Of a DNA stretch of 64,000 nt, positions 1 through 12,508 are shown piece by piece; the first letter of the stretch is position 1, and each line of letters starts with the position of its first letter. Location of the stretch: contig NIVC01001393.1 in NCBI GenBank assembly GCA_002269645.1, forward strand, positions 124,001 to 188,000, given 5' to 3'. The translations under genes were made by a program, and so were the position numbers. The stretch is from Macrostomum lignano (Eukaryota). The notes beneath the pieces were generated by a model that did no database searches, was not told the origin of the DNA, and was given only the letters and a program-made list of their open reading frames with translations.

Positions 1-1591
1 AACTACTCGCGGCGTACCTGGCAGTGTTGCACTTCCGCAGCCTCATTGAAGGACTGAGCATGACCTTGTTCACCGATCATAAACCACTAGCTCAGGCCTT
101 CCACGCCAATCGCACCACTACATCAGATTGCAATCAGCGCTACTTGACCGTCTTGTCCGAGTACGTGGCAGATGTCCAATACATTCGCGGTGCAGACAAC
201 GTAATAGCTGATGCTCTTTCTCGACTGCCTGACTTCCCAGTGAATGATCACGTGTCCAACATCGCAACAGCCACTGCAGTCGCTGCCCCATCAAGCCAAT
301 TCCCTGTTGACCTTCCCAGTATCGCTGAAGCACAACGACCGAAGTCGTTCTCACCTGCACCAAATATCCGATCGTATTCTCAGGACAAAGACGTCGTCGT
401 TTGGTGTGAGACGTCAACGCCGTATCCTCGTCCGATCATTCCGCCGTCTCTCCGCGACGCCGTGATTGCTTCCTTCCATCGACTTGGTCATTTCGGCTAC
501 CGTAAAACAGCAAAACTCATCACAGAACGCTACTTTTGGCCCGGAATGCGCAAGTCCATCAAGACCTACTGCTGGAACTGCCAGGACTGCCAACGGAGTA
601 AAGTCACTCGCCACACTGTCTCCCCGCAACAGGCCTTCGCACTACCATCAAATCGCTTTGAGGTGGTACACATCGATATTGAGGGACCACTTCCACCAGC
701 TAATGCCACCACCTTTTTTTTGGCCACCAGTCTGCCCGCTACCTTCTCACGATGGTCGACCGCTCGACTGGCTGGCTAGAAGCTACTCTACTGCAATCAA
801 TAACCGCGGAAGTAGTCGCCCATGCATTCGTCTCGTCCTGGGTCTCGTGCTACGGAGTGCCACTGTATGTAATCACTGATAGGGGACGCCAGTTCGAATC
901 AGAATTCTTTCTCTCGGTCTCGTCATCAATTGGTTTTCATCGATTACGCACAACGGCGTACCACCCTCAAACCAATGGCAAGGTCGAGCGAGCCCATCGC
1001 ACCCTGAAGACGATGCTACGCGCTCGAGGCAATGACTGGCTGACAGACCTACCTGTAGCTCTTCTCGCGATGCACGTTGCACCTGACGACCAAGGAGTAT
1101 CACCGTTCACCAGGGTTACAGGAGAGCTTCCGATGGTTCCGCGCGTTCTAACTTCCGAACCACTCGCCCCAACGGACATCCGGACACGGCTGCAGGAACT
1201 GCTGACAGAGCTACCGAATCCACACGCGACGACGCATGAACCACGGAGCTACATACCCAAGGACCTGAAAATGGCTGAATTCGTCTGGTTTCGAGTCGAT
1301 CGCGTGCGGTCGCCGCTCGAGGCGCCGTACTCAGGACCGTATCGCGTTAAACAGCGAACCGACAAGTTCTTCGTTATTTTCCTACCGTCAGGCAACACCG
1401 AGTCTGTCTCTATCGATCGCCTCAAGCCGGCGCGACTGTCGTCTCCAAAGCCTGCTGTTAAGCCGGCCGCGAACACGCTGCCGGAAAAAGCCGCCAAACC
1501 AGAGGAAACGGTGGACTCATCACCTCCTAGAGCGACCTATAGCGGGCGCCGAGTCCAGTTCCGACGCCATAATGATTACATTTATTATTAA
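1..1591 (+). mobile_element. Ty3/Gypsy LTR retrotransposon pol 3' part (RNase H end, integrase), frameshifted; runs off the window start
   Basis: ORF 24-779: RNase H FTDHKPL, HHCC zinc finger (FHRLGHFG...CWNCQDC), VHIDIEGPLP. ORF 752-1591: MVDR, ITDRGRQFES, TNGKVERAH (DDE) and GPY module PYSGPYRV. About 30 extra nt near 707-735 shift the frame between GPLPPAN and RYLLTMVDR. Confidence 0.95.
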
Positions 1592-1765
1592 CCTTCTAAT
1601 ATGTAATGTTTACTGACCATTCTTCGCACTATTCTCAATATTTCTAAATATTCGACCTCTCGTAAACCATTTTTTTATTGCATTCCCACCACTTCGTTTT
1701 GATCGTTGAGCCATCCCACCATCTTTGACTTCAGTTACAGTATCTTTTCCCCGTGCTCCGCATTT

Positions 1766-1945
1766 GGAGGGGGGAGTCATATAGATATTTTGTTGTACTT
1801 TTATTTGCGGCTTGGTTTGCCATGATTTTACCATAGATTAATTTCCTTTTACAGTTCTTTCTCGCAGTTAAGTTTCTCGCCCCAAACCTTTCATCTTTTA
1901 ACTCATAAAATATATTTTTTCAAGTTTACTTGTAGTTTCACTACA
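1766..1945 (+). repeat. Polypurine tract plus probable 3' LTR of the first Gypsy element
   Basis: GGAGGGGGGAG PPT at about 1766-1776, then TATAG at 1780 (probably a mutated TGTAG) through ...CACTACA at 1945. The 5' LTR is outside the window, so this cannot be confirmed. Confidence 0.55.
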
Positions 1946-3002
1946 GGGGATATGCAAGGCGCATATGTAAGCATAGAAATACATATTGAACAGCATTTAC
2001 GATAATAGTAAAGGCAGCTTTATTCGCTATCCAGAGCTTGTGGATTAAGTTAAGCAAATATCAATCTGACAGATAATTTGATATTCTCTCTTGGACTTTC
2101 CTGACTGACACCTACATGTGGAGGGCCACCGCCATCCTCCTGAGCCGCCACCACCCCCCAGAGAGGGCAATTACTTTCGAAGGACACCACTGCAGGCCAG
2201 AATATCTGAGCGAGATTGTCAGTACTGAGTCGGAGGTTTTTTTCAATAAATTGGCATGAGAGAAGCGCGGACCTCGCAGCACAGGTCTCCATCTAGCAGA
2301 GTTGACCGACTCCCACCTGTGCCATTAGCTTCAGCTAACTCGGTAATCCATTGGGGAAAACTGTAGCAAATAACAAAGCTTGCAAAAAATGACCAACAGT
2401 TTGCTGAGAATCGATGAGCTCAGCGCTTTCACTGTTAGGTAAATCAATCTGCCGCAGCTTCCCATGCAGCCCGACACACCCAAAAAATCATTTTTTTTCT
2501 CTGCAGATTCACCCAGATACAACAACTCGAGCCAGGGAACAGGGGACCAGGCACTCCCACTAATTGGCTAATAACTTTGCGAAAGCTTTGCGATATGAGT
2601 GATAGTTACTTTTCCACTGACTACGGACTCGGCCTCATTAATTCGGATTCAGCGCAGCCTCGCTGATCTGAGATTTTAGATTGAAAGTGTCCACTGTCTT
2701 CTACAGACGTTGTAGGTCTCTTCATTCAGTATTCACGGGTTCTTTGACTTTGTCTGCTTTCAGCTTTGACTGAGATCGCACCAAGGAGGCCTGACATGGT
2801 TCAGTAACTCTGTAGAATTTTCGCTTCTTTTAAAATAATGGAGTGAGTGACAGAGAATAGTGGTTTTTGAATCCTGCAATAGTCTTCCAAAAATACCAGC
2901 TCGTAGTTTTGTTCAGACACAGACTTGAATACATTGAGTGGGCGAAGTATTAGCTCTCATGATGCCGGTTTATGAGATTCTCACTCTGGACCTTTTCCTA
3001 TC

Positions 3003-3297
3003 GAGCCTTCCCCACCGAGCCTTCCCCACCGAGCCTTCCCCACCGAGCCTTCCCCACCGAGCCTTCCCCACCGAGCCTTCCCCACTGAGCCTTCCCCACC
3101 GAGCTTCCCCCCCGAGCCTTCCCCACTGAGCCTTCCCCACCGAGCCTTCCCCACCGAGCCTTCCCCACCGAGCCTTCCCACCGAGCCTTCCCCACCGAGC
3201 CTTCCCCACCGAGCCTTCCCCACCGAGCCTTCCCCACCGAGCCTTCCCCACCGAGCCTTCCCCACCGAGCCTTCCCCACCGAGCCTTCCCCACCGAA
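3003..3297. repeat. 14-bp minisatellite (GAGCCTTCCCCACC)n, about 21 copies
   Basis: Direct tandem repeat; the periodic ORFs here are artefacts. Confidence 0.95.
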
Positions 3298-3655
3298 TGC
3301 CTGCCAATTCCTAACGCTTTCATGCCGCTACCAGTATATGTATGAAGACTGCTTACATGAATCTGAATCTGAAGATGAATCTGAAGCTGTCCAAAACTTT
3401 GATTCTGTCAATAAGTTGCAGCATGGCTTCCCCGCAATCGCCGGATGAACGATCTAGTTTCATGATACATGCGAACTTTCACATGCTGAGTTCAATGCCA
3501 AGGCACAGAGTGTGTACACTGAAAGCTTGACTGGGAAGTCAGGGCGTGCAGCTCATCTCTGAGGGAAGAGTTATGGGGCTTGACTCCTCGCTTTAAACTA
3601 TGCCATAGCATTACAGCAGCTCAAGCAACAGCTAATCCTCACAAAACCCGGCCAG

Positions 3656-4323
3656 GCCTTCTGTTCGGCATCACAATGGTCATGGTGTCGCTAGCACTTG
3701 TGATGGGCGTCCTTGTCACCAACATCCACGTGCGCAAAGTGACGAGCAGCGGCCCGCCGCCCTGGCCGGTGCGCCTCTTCGTCAGCCTGCTTCACTGCCG
3801 CGAGTGTCGCCGCCGGCGCCGCCTCGAAGCCGAGCGTCATCGACATCGACACAGCCGATTTGCGGCGTTGAGCGGCGCCACCACCGCCGCTCGATTCCGT
3901 TTTCCGCACTCGACAACAGTCGACGGATGCGAGTCTGTCGGCAGCAACGGCGACGAGAGTTGCCAGCAGCTCAGGCAGAGGCCGCAGCAGCCATCCAACG
4001 GTAACGGAGCTGTGTCGTCAACTGAGCAGTCGAAGACCACGCACCTCATTCGCCTGCCAAGCCACCTGTCGCTACTGGACTACGAGGCCGGAGCAGCGGA
4101 CGAGGTGGTGTCCAACAAGAAGAAGCCACACTCGCCGAGGCAAGAGTCGCAAGCTCATCCGAGCGATGGCACCAAAGAATGCATCTGCAACGGGCCCGAT
4201 GCCTGGGTGGCGATGGCGAGGTCAACTGATCGGGCCATGTTCTGGCTGTTCCTGCTGGCCAGCGTTGCCGTGATGGGAGGCATCTACGGGCAGGTCCCGA
4301 GTTATGCCAGCGTGACCTCGTAG
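3656..4323 (+). CDS. Terminal exon of a Cys-loop ligand-gated ion channel subunit (nAChR-like): TM3, intracellular loop, TM4
   Basis: Acceptor CCAG at 3652-3655 (phase 1), then GLLFGITMVMVSLALVMGVLVTNIH (TM3), post-TM3 PPPWPVRLF, and W-x-x-MARSTDRAMFWLFLLASVAVMGGIY (TM4, W..A...DR..F signature); stop TAG at 4323. No upstream exons were recognised in the window. Confidence 0.85.
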
Positions 4324-5289
4324 CGACCTCGTTATGATAATTAACGGCGTAAAAATATCAAGGTGATCTACAATCAGTCGTTGCGTTGTGAGACTTTTTT
4401 TGAAGCAAATACTCTAAAAACACTTATCAGATAGCGTCTCTGTGAAGTCGCCGCGCCCTAATTTTAAACCCCGCAACCGTGTCTGCTCCGAGTACCTACC
4501 GGAAGTTCAAAAACACCGTTTGTAAATACAATAGATAAATACTGATTGTAACAGGTAGGCTAATCTCAATCAATCGAGATTCTTCTCCGCTCTTACTACC
4601 ACTCATATTATTACGCTCGTACTTTGCCACTTTCGCCTCATTCCAAAAGAAGCACTAGCGATAAAAAGATTTCGGAGCTCCGGTGCGACTGAGATGAAAT
4701 ACCGCATGTACGTTTTTTGTTAAGACCCATCATTGGCATTAACTATTTCGATTTTTGCTCTATTTTCTCCGCGTAGATTTTTTGCCCCGTCTTGTTAAAA
4801 CTGCAGAGCGTGACCAGACCTGCACTATCCACCCTGCATGCTATTTTCGTCCTTTGTCGCATAGCTTTTACCTGAAGACTAACGTAACACTGTTTTACTA
4901 TAATATTCGCCACTATATATAAGTTAAAGTAAACTTACTACAACGCAAGACTCTTCAATATAGTCGTTCCGTAATACTGATCGGTTGACTGAAAGCCAAC
5001 AGCCAGACCTCAGCTCAAGCGTCATGTCCTTCCCTGTCATTTGAAATCCAGTCACATTTTGAAATCGCGTGCGCCTTCAAATTTTGAAAGCAGGAAGTTG
5101 GGTGAAAAACCCAACACGACACGCCTCACTCAGGCGAGCCCTAAAAGGCTGCCAATATTGATTTTCTATTGAATTTTTTCACTCATCACCTTAAACAAGC
5201 GCCGCGACACCGGAACTCCCACTTCAGCACACTTTCCAGCCCAGACTCTTATCCCCCTCTCTACTCTCCACCTACCAATAGAAACTTCA

Positions 5290-5940
5290 CCCTCGGAGCT
5301 GGCAAAAATTATACCTGGCTGTCTTATTCGACGTCCTAGCGATGGCCGTTAAGTATAGTCGCCTGCAGCGCCTCCTGCTCTGTCTGTGGGGGCAGTGCGA
5401 CTCGGTGGCGGTTGATGTGGCCTGCCAGCTGGAGTCTCCGACAGCGCAAACTAACAGATCGTTTGGACCGACGCCGCGATACAATGTCGCGTTGGTGACT
5501 CGCTCGTCGACCGAGCTTGAAATTACGAGAACGAGTCACCAACCTGTAAAGCAGGACCGTGTTGACCACCGTCTAGAACAACGCCGCCCTCTGGCGGTCA
5601 GGCAGATCCTCGGACTACAGGAATGCTTTCGTTGAACGAAAAGATCCACCAACCGTCGGGAACCGTCGAAGATAGACGAACTGTTGACATCACGGTAGTT
5701 TCGTCGTTGCCCCTCAGCGCCTCGGCACAAAATCACAGCCTCGATGTGATTCGGCACGCAGAGCACAACGGTCTTATGCGTGTTGACAGTCTTTTGCTGT
5801 TGCTGGACGCCCTTGAGGACGACTTCGTAGCCAGATTGTCAGCGTAGCCAAGCACGCAGTTTCTGTTAACTGTTGTACCCGCGTCTCTCTCAGTCGTCCT
5901 TGGCGTACTTTACGAAGAGGACGTTGCACCGTTTGTCCAT
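5290..5940 (-). mobile_element. Decayed RTE-like non-LTR retrotransposon fragment (RT C-terminal half)
   Basis: Minus-strand translation across frameshifts and stops gives LGYADNLA (YADD motif), VNTHKTVVLCVPNHIEAVILCRGAEGQ, CQQFVYL, VNTVLLY and RRLQLAGH. Confidence 0.8.
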
Positions 5941-6323
5941 TTATTGACGTAATTCAAATGCCAATCTTAGTTCAACCCGAAATTATGAACTCATTGCCTG
6001 TTATTGTCTGCTTTTTCTTAACAAGGTTGCACACTTTGGATGTCTTTAAGTGTATTTTATTTGCTCAACCACAGAGTGGCACTGATTTGAGTTTACATTG
6101 GCCCAGACAAAAGATGTTTTTACTGGAAAATATGAGCGGAGATCACTGGATAAATAAAATGTTGGATGCGCTTTATATAAATATTATTCAAGTGTATTGC
6201 TTCTGAGTGTGTAGAAATAACACTGGCGTATATGCTACTAGCAAAGTAGTGCGCGGAGCGAATTGATAGTAAATAAAATGCGATTAATTCAAGCCGAACA
6301 GCAAAATAAATCGCTTTATCACT

Positions 6324-6766
6324 CAGGGGCGTAGCCAGGTAGAGGGTTAAGAGGGCCAAGACCCTTCGTTTGGCTGGCAAAAAGTATTGTATAAAGCGCC
6401 CCTGGTGCTGGCGCCCCTGGTGCTGGCGCCCCTGGTGCTGGCGCCCCTGGTGCTGGCGCCCCTGGTGCTGGCGCCCCTGGTGCTGGCGCCCCTGGTGCTG
6501 GCGCCCCTGGTGCTGGCGCCCCTGGTGCTGGCGCCCCTGGTGCTGGCGCCCCTGGTGCTGGCGCCCCTGGTGCTGGCGCCCCTGGTGCTGGCGCCCCTGG
6601 TGCTGGCGCCCCTGGTGCTGGCGCCCCTGGTGCTGGCGCCCCTGGTGCTGGCGCCCCTGGTGCTGGCGCCCCTGGTGCTGGCGCCCCTGGTGCTGGCGCT
6701 CAATCAAATGACATCAGATCCCCAAAAATGCGCTCCCCAACACAAGTTCCTGGCATTAAGCCCCTG
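6324..6766. mobile_element. Probable MITE with an internal 15-bp minisatellite expansion
   Basis: Left end CAGGGGCGTAGCCAGG (6324) and imperfect inverted right end CCTGGCATTAAGCCCCTG (to 6766). No clean TSD. Confidence 0.4.
6396..6699. repeat. 15-bp minisatellite (GCGCCCCTGGTGCTG)n, about 20 identical copies
   Basis: Perfect tandem array. Confidence 0.95.
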
Positions 6767-6832
6767 GCATCATGGCAGCGCTTACAATATGACCAGCAAA
6801 CTTCCAACAAGAATCCGCGCAGTCTCCCAACT

Positions 6833-8745
6833 CTACACGCGCCAGCCGTCGGTGAGCAATGTCGCATTTTTAGTCCACAAAATGTCGCCAGGCCAGGCGC
6901 GCCAGTGCGGCAGAGGCAGCGGCACCAGCGCATTGGCTTGATCCCCAGTCGGCCGCAGCTCGTACGGCTTGTAGCCCCGGCCAGTCAGGAACTGCAGCAT
7001 CCAGACGGCCAGGTTCGGCCGGTGCACTGCCGTGCCGCCCCATTCCATCAGCACCAGCGGCACCGTGTGGTTGCTGAACAGCTTCTGACCGGTGGCGAAG
7101 GCGCTCCACTCCTGACCTTCGATGTCCAGCTTGAGAAAGACGCCTCTCGCTCCGGCCAGATGGCCGCCAGACGATGCGATCAGCTGGTCGAGGCCGGCAG
7201 CGCGCGGTCGGACAGCTTCGTCGACAAAATCATCGTCGCGGCCTCTGTCGGCGCCCTCGAGCGGAGCGGCGCCGCCGACGTTGCAGCCAGCCGGCAGGCG
7301 CAGGCGGAGTTCGGAGCCGCCTGGCCGGTTGGACAGCGCGTTCCAGTAGACGTGGATCAGTCCCGAGAGGCCGTTGGCTTGCGCAGATTTTGCCAACCTC
7401 AGTGCGCTCTGCGGGCCAGAGCGGGGCGAGTGCTGAGAGCCTGACTCAAGTATTGATTTTAGCTGAGCTAAACAGCTAAACAGGTCACCGGGTGATGAAT
7501 TGGGCTGACTCATAACTCATGCATTCGTATGTACGCCTACACTAGCGAGATAGGAAGTTCTCCACTTTGACCACTAAATCCATAATACTCGTATTTTGGC
7601 TGGACCTAAGAATTTACAAATATACACGCTTGATATAGCATTTTCCAAGCCAGTAAAGTCAAGGAGCCAGATGGGAGCAGTCTGGGAGAATCAAGCTGTT
7701 GATATATACTGTGAAAAGGATTAATTTTTAGTTGCGCAACCGAACTCTTAAACTGGCTGCTCCACAGACCCCCTTTTTAGACCATAGACATAGTAAGTCT
7801 TCAATACGAGCGTAGCTGAGGATTGAACCAAAGATTCTATACTACATAGTTTGTCAACTCAAGCAGCGCGAGAACCCAGGGGTTAAGACCATAGACTGTA
7901 GCTTCTGTTGCTCTCAAGCATTATCAGCAGCAGCTGGTGTCTGTGGCCCTAACCCTGGGGTTTTGGGGGCCTCGGAGACGGCCGCTATATGCATTGGCGA
8001 ATGCTAGAGTGACACAACTAGGCTAGAGTGACACACCGAGGCTAGAGTGACACACCTAGGCTAGAGTGACACACCTAGGCTAGAGAGACACACCTAGGCT
8101 AGAGTGACACCTAGGCTAGAGTGACACACCGAGGCTAGAGTGACACATCTAGGCTAGAGTGAATGGCTTGGTTGGAAAATGCTATATCTTTAGAACTCAA
8201 AGTCATCGAGGCCAGCTTACCCGATAGTTGGCGTCTATGGCCAGAACCTTGCGGCCGACTCGAGCCGCGGTGAGGCTGTACACTCCGACGTTGCTACCGG
8301 CGTCAATGAGAACGGAGCGGGGCCAGGCGCGTAGCGCCATAGTCAGGAATCGAACCCGAGCCGCTTCCCAGCTGCCCCGCTGCCGAACACTGTCCGAGAT
8401 GAGGTCCCCAGGCGGGTATAGGAAGATTTTAATTGCCGCGCCGGACGACGGCAGGCGGAGGCGGGACTCGGCAAAGCCGGTCAGGTCCAGATGGTCGAGG
8501 CGGGCAATTCGACACGGCTCTGGCGGCGCTTCGGCGCAGGCGGCATCCAGCTGAGTTGGCGCAATTTGTCTGGCGCCGTCTCCTAGGCAACGGCGTAGCG
8601 CCGAAGGCAACGTGGCCGGATGGCGCGGCGCATCCGACGGTCGGGAGGTCCGCATTGTAAGAAGGATCGTCGGCAGGCCGACCGCCAGGACGACTGTCAG
8701 ACAGACGACAGGCCGTCGACCACAGCGACGCGGCAAGAGTCGCAT
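6833..8745 (-). CDS. FkbM-family (Methyltransf_21) SAM-dependent methyltransferase with N-terminal membrane anchor; 2 exons, about 366 aa
   Basis: Exon 1 is 8745-8221 (ATG; donor GTAAGC, phase 0) and exon 2 is 7408-6833 (acceptor CCCGCAG). Motifs: LIDAGSNVGVYSL (SAM binding), VLAIDAN and FLKLDIEGQE...LMEW (FkbM). A short basic N-tail precedes the hydrophobic VVCLTVVLAVGLPTILLTM. Confidence 0.88.
8006..8160. repeat. 19-21-bp minisatellite (CTAGGCTAGAGTGACACAC)n in the FkbM intron
   Basis: About 8 imperfect tandem copies. Confidence 0.85.
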
Positions 8746-9320
8746 TCTGGTGCTGGGGTTTCGTTTTTGCACAAAGCTTGTAATCTTTGTTCAGGCTTTG
8801 TGAAATGCTAAGAGGAAATTCGAAAGACGAAAAATCTGTGCGTTTTAGGCGTTTCAGATGAGCTCTCATGATTTTTTTATTTTTCTTATGGAAGCCTTTT
8901 TTATGTGTTTATTTTTCTGCCCCAGGACCCCCCGCCCCCCTACGCACAGTGTAAGACCTCAAATGCTTGTTTAGCCATTTGGAGACTGGGTCACAGAAAT
9001 TGGCAAGGCACAGATAGCATAGTCTCAAGAGTCTGCGAGCACGAACTCTCTAAATTGTAATCATGGAGAAGCCCAGTCTGTTCCAGCTAAGTGGCCTGAC
9101 AGCTGCATCGCTGTCTGCAGGCTCACCCACCCCACTCCTAGGGCACTTCATCGTTTGATGGTTTCAACTAGCTCAATTCTTAGATTGTAGTAGCTACGAC
9201 CGTAAACTTACAATTGTAGAAGTGCGAGCGAATGCTTGAGAGTGTTGTAACATCTTGTATCTTCTTTCCTGACCTGATCAGTGCATTTTCAAGAAGCTAT
9301 TGCGATTTTCTAATAAACTG

Positions 9321-10245
9321 AGAGGTATTGCTTGTCAGATGGAGGTATTGCTTGTCAGATAGAGGTATTGCTTGTCAGATGGAGGTATTGCTTGTCAGAT
9401 GGAGGTATTGCTTGTCAGATGGAGGTATTGCTTGTCAGATGGAGGTATTGCTTGTCAGATGGAAGTATTGCTTGTCAGATGGAGGTATTGCTTGTCAGAT
9501 GGAAGTATTGCTTGTCAGATGGAGGTATTGCTTGTCAGATAGAGGTATTGCTTGTCAGATGGAGGTATTGCTTGTCAGATGGAGGTATTGCTTGTCAGAT
9601 GGAGGTATTGTTTGTCAGATGGAGGTATTGCTTGTCAGATGGAGGTATTGCTTGTCAGATGGAGGTATTGCTTGTCAGATGGAGGTATTGCTTGTCAGAT
9701 GGAGGTATTGCTTGTCAGATGGAGGTATTGCTTGTCAGATGGAGATATTGCTTGTCAGATGGAGGTATTGCTTGTCAGATGGAGGTATTGCTTGTCAGAT
9801 GGAGGTATTGCTTGTCAGATGGAGGTATTGCTTGTCAGATGGAGGTATTGCTTGTCAGATGGAGGTATTGCTTGTCAGATAGAGGTATTGCTTGTCAGAT
9901 GGAGGTATTGCTTGTCAGATGGAGGTATTGCTTGTCAGATGGAGGTATTGCTTGTCAGATGGAGGTATTGCTTGTCAGATAGAGGTATTGCTTGTCAGAT
10001 GGAGGTATTGCTTGTCAGATGGAGGTATTGCTTGTCAGATGGAGGTATTGCTTGTCAGATGGAGGTATTGCTTGTCAGATGGAGGTATTGTTTGTCAGAT
10101 GGAGGTATTGCTTGTCAGATGGAGGTATTGCTTGTCAGATGGAGGTATTGTTTGTCAGATGGAGGTATTGCTTGTCAGATGGAGGTATTGCTTGTCAGAT
10201 GGAGGTATTGTTTGTCACATGGAGGTATTGCTTGTCAGATGGAGA
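9321..10245. repeat. 20-bp minisatellite (GAGGTATTGCTTGTCAGATG)n, about 46 copies
   Basis: Near-perfect tandem array; the overlapping periodic ORFs are artefacts. Confidence 0.95.
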
Positions 10246-10730
10246 TGCTGCTCATCAGACGGGGGTGTTACTTGTGACAAAATTATTGCCAAAGCAAATT
10301 TGTGCATCCGTCCAAAAGGACGCACAAGGAGCTACAGCTATGCAAGTTGAAATGCTGATCTGAAAGTGGAGAAAAACTGTGAAAATTATATGCCAATGCT
10401 ATAGTGCACACAGATACGAATTAGCTGCCACCACTGCGCACGTACCCGCCGCCCTGCTGTCCGTCAGCAGCCGGAGACCCCCCACAGGTGGTGCTGTTGC
10501 AATCGACGCAATTCCCCCCCCCCAAGACCAGTCTTGGTACTGCACAGCCCCCCACCAGCCTCTCTCACAGTTTGGCTTGGACTTCCAGAGCAAATGAAAG
10601 TTGAAATAAAATTTTGCAACACCAATTCGCTTACTGATGACCTGATTTGTGTAAATAAATTTGACTAGAAAAGTCTGGAACCCAGCCAGCTTAAAATACT
10701 TGCTGCGGCGCGAAACCAATTAGCTCGTAA

Positions 10731-11435
10731 TTCAATGACAACACATTCAGTGACAACACATTCAATGACAACACATTCAATGACGACACATTCAATGACA
10801 ACACATTCAGTGACAGCACATTCAATGACAACACATTCAATGACAACACATTCAGTGACAGCACATTCAATGACAACACATTCAATGACAACACATTCAG
10901 TGACAGCACATTCAATGACAACCCATTCAATGACAACACATTCAGTGACAACACATTCAGTGACAACACATTCAATGACAGCACATTCAGTGACAGCACA
11001 TTCAATGACAACACATTCAGTGACAGCACATTCAATGACAACACATTCAATGACAACACATTCAGTGACAACACATTCAGTGACAACACATTCAGTGACA
11101 GCACATTCAGTGACAGCACATTCAATGACAACACATTCAGTGACAGCACATTCAATGACAGCACATTCAGTGACAGCACATTAAATGACAACACATTCAG
11201 TGACAGCACATTCAATGACAGCACATTCAATGACAACACATTCAATGACAACACATTCAATGACAACACATTCAATGACAACACATTCAATGACAACACA
11301 TTCAATGACAGCACATTAAATGACAACACATTCAATGACAACACATTACTCGTATTCAATTGCCACACACATTCAATGACAACACGCATTAAATTACAAC
11401 ACAATCAATGACAACACATTCACTGACAACACACA
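10731..11435. repeat. 15-bp minisatellite (CAATGACAACACATT)n
   Basis: About 45 copies with A/G variants. Confidence 0.95.
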
Positions 11436-12496
11436 AATTCAAGTCAAGTAAATACTTACATAAAAGACTAGTAAAAATACAAGTATCATAACATCGCATT
11501 TATTATAGATGTATATAAAACGTTGAATAAACGAGAATAATGTAGTAAAAGAACACATAGAAGCAATGACATTGAAAATGTTCAATAGCTTTAAATTTAA
11601 ACTTAATTACTTAAATTTAAAATTTAAACAATCAGTTTACTTAATAGACTTCGGACTGAGCGTGTGAGGGAGCCCACCCGCTCTCTGATGGGGTCAAGCG
11701 ATTAGCTGTGAATCTGGCAATCAGCCCTGCTTGCAAGCTGGGAGCATGTGACTTGCTGCAACAAACGGCTTGAAAGCAACTATTATAAACAATCAGACGG
11801 CCCGAGAGACGGTCACTGGGCCAGAAGGACAAAAGTTAAACCGGTGTGACCGGAAAACTGAGATGGTACGCCAATTAACATTTGAAAGCTTTGAAGTCTT
11901 GCGTTGTTTAGTCAATTTCCGTCTCAGTAAGTCAAGTTATCAGTCAACACAAGCTCAGCTCTCAGGCTATTCTGCCTCTCGTTTCATCGATCTTAACCGA
12001 TCGTTAAATTTATTGTGACTAATAACATTGCGTAACATTTATGAAAACTGAAAATGCATCAATATCGATTGAAAAGGCCGTCTCAAGGCCTCAAACTGAG
12101 ACAGTCAACCGATGACTCAGAGACTGAAACAAACAAGACACCCCCGACCCCTTGCCCTGTACCCTCACTAGCGATGGCTTTGCGGGGAGACAGAGAGAGA
12201 CAGAGAGAGAGAGAAAGAGAGTGGGGAATATAATCCCAGCTTCCCTGCACGACGTTACTCGCTTTCCCATTCGATGGAGGACGAGAGATGGCAGATGTCT
12301 ATTTTTGTGCGTCCACCAACCGCCCCTGGGAAAAAACACCCGGTGACGCTATTACGCAATCCTGGAGAGGAAGCTCAGGACTAATAGAAAAGAAGCTGGC
12401 TCTGAATAATCCATACATTATTTGAACTGAGCAGGCCGGCTCAAGCAATAGAAGGAAACCTGTTTCTATAGCTGCCGCATCTTGTTGGCTTTTGCA

Positions 12497-12508
12497 GCTG
12501 ACGTCAGC
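12497..12508. promoter_or_regulatory. CRE-type palindrome GCTGACGTCAGC upstream of the innexin
   Basis: TGACGTCA core at 12499-12506, about 440 bp upstream of the ATG. Function untested. Confidence 0.3.

Noticed and set aside
9328-10363. Long periodic ORFs over tandem arrays (also 6120-6941, 10691-11404, 16306-17100, 17272-17763, 35472-36566, 59166-60759)
   Set aside because: They are open in several frames and on both strands only because the repeat units lack stops; there is no splice or start context.
10410-10600. GC-rich stretch superficially like rRNA (GTACCCGCCGCCC)
   Set aside because: No extended match to conserved SSU/LSU motifs.
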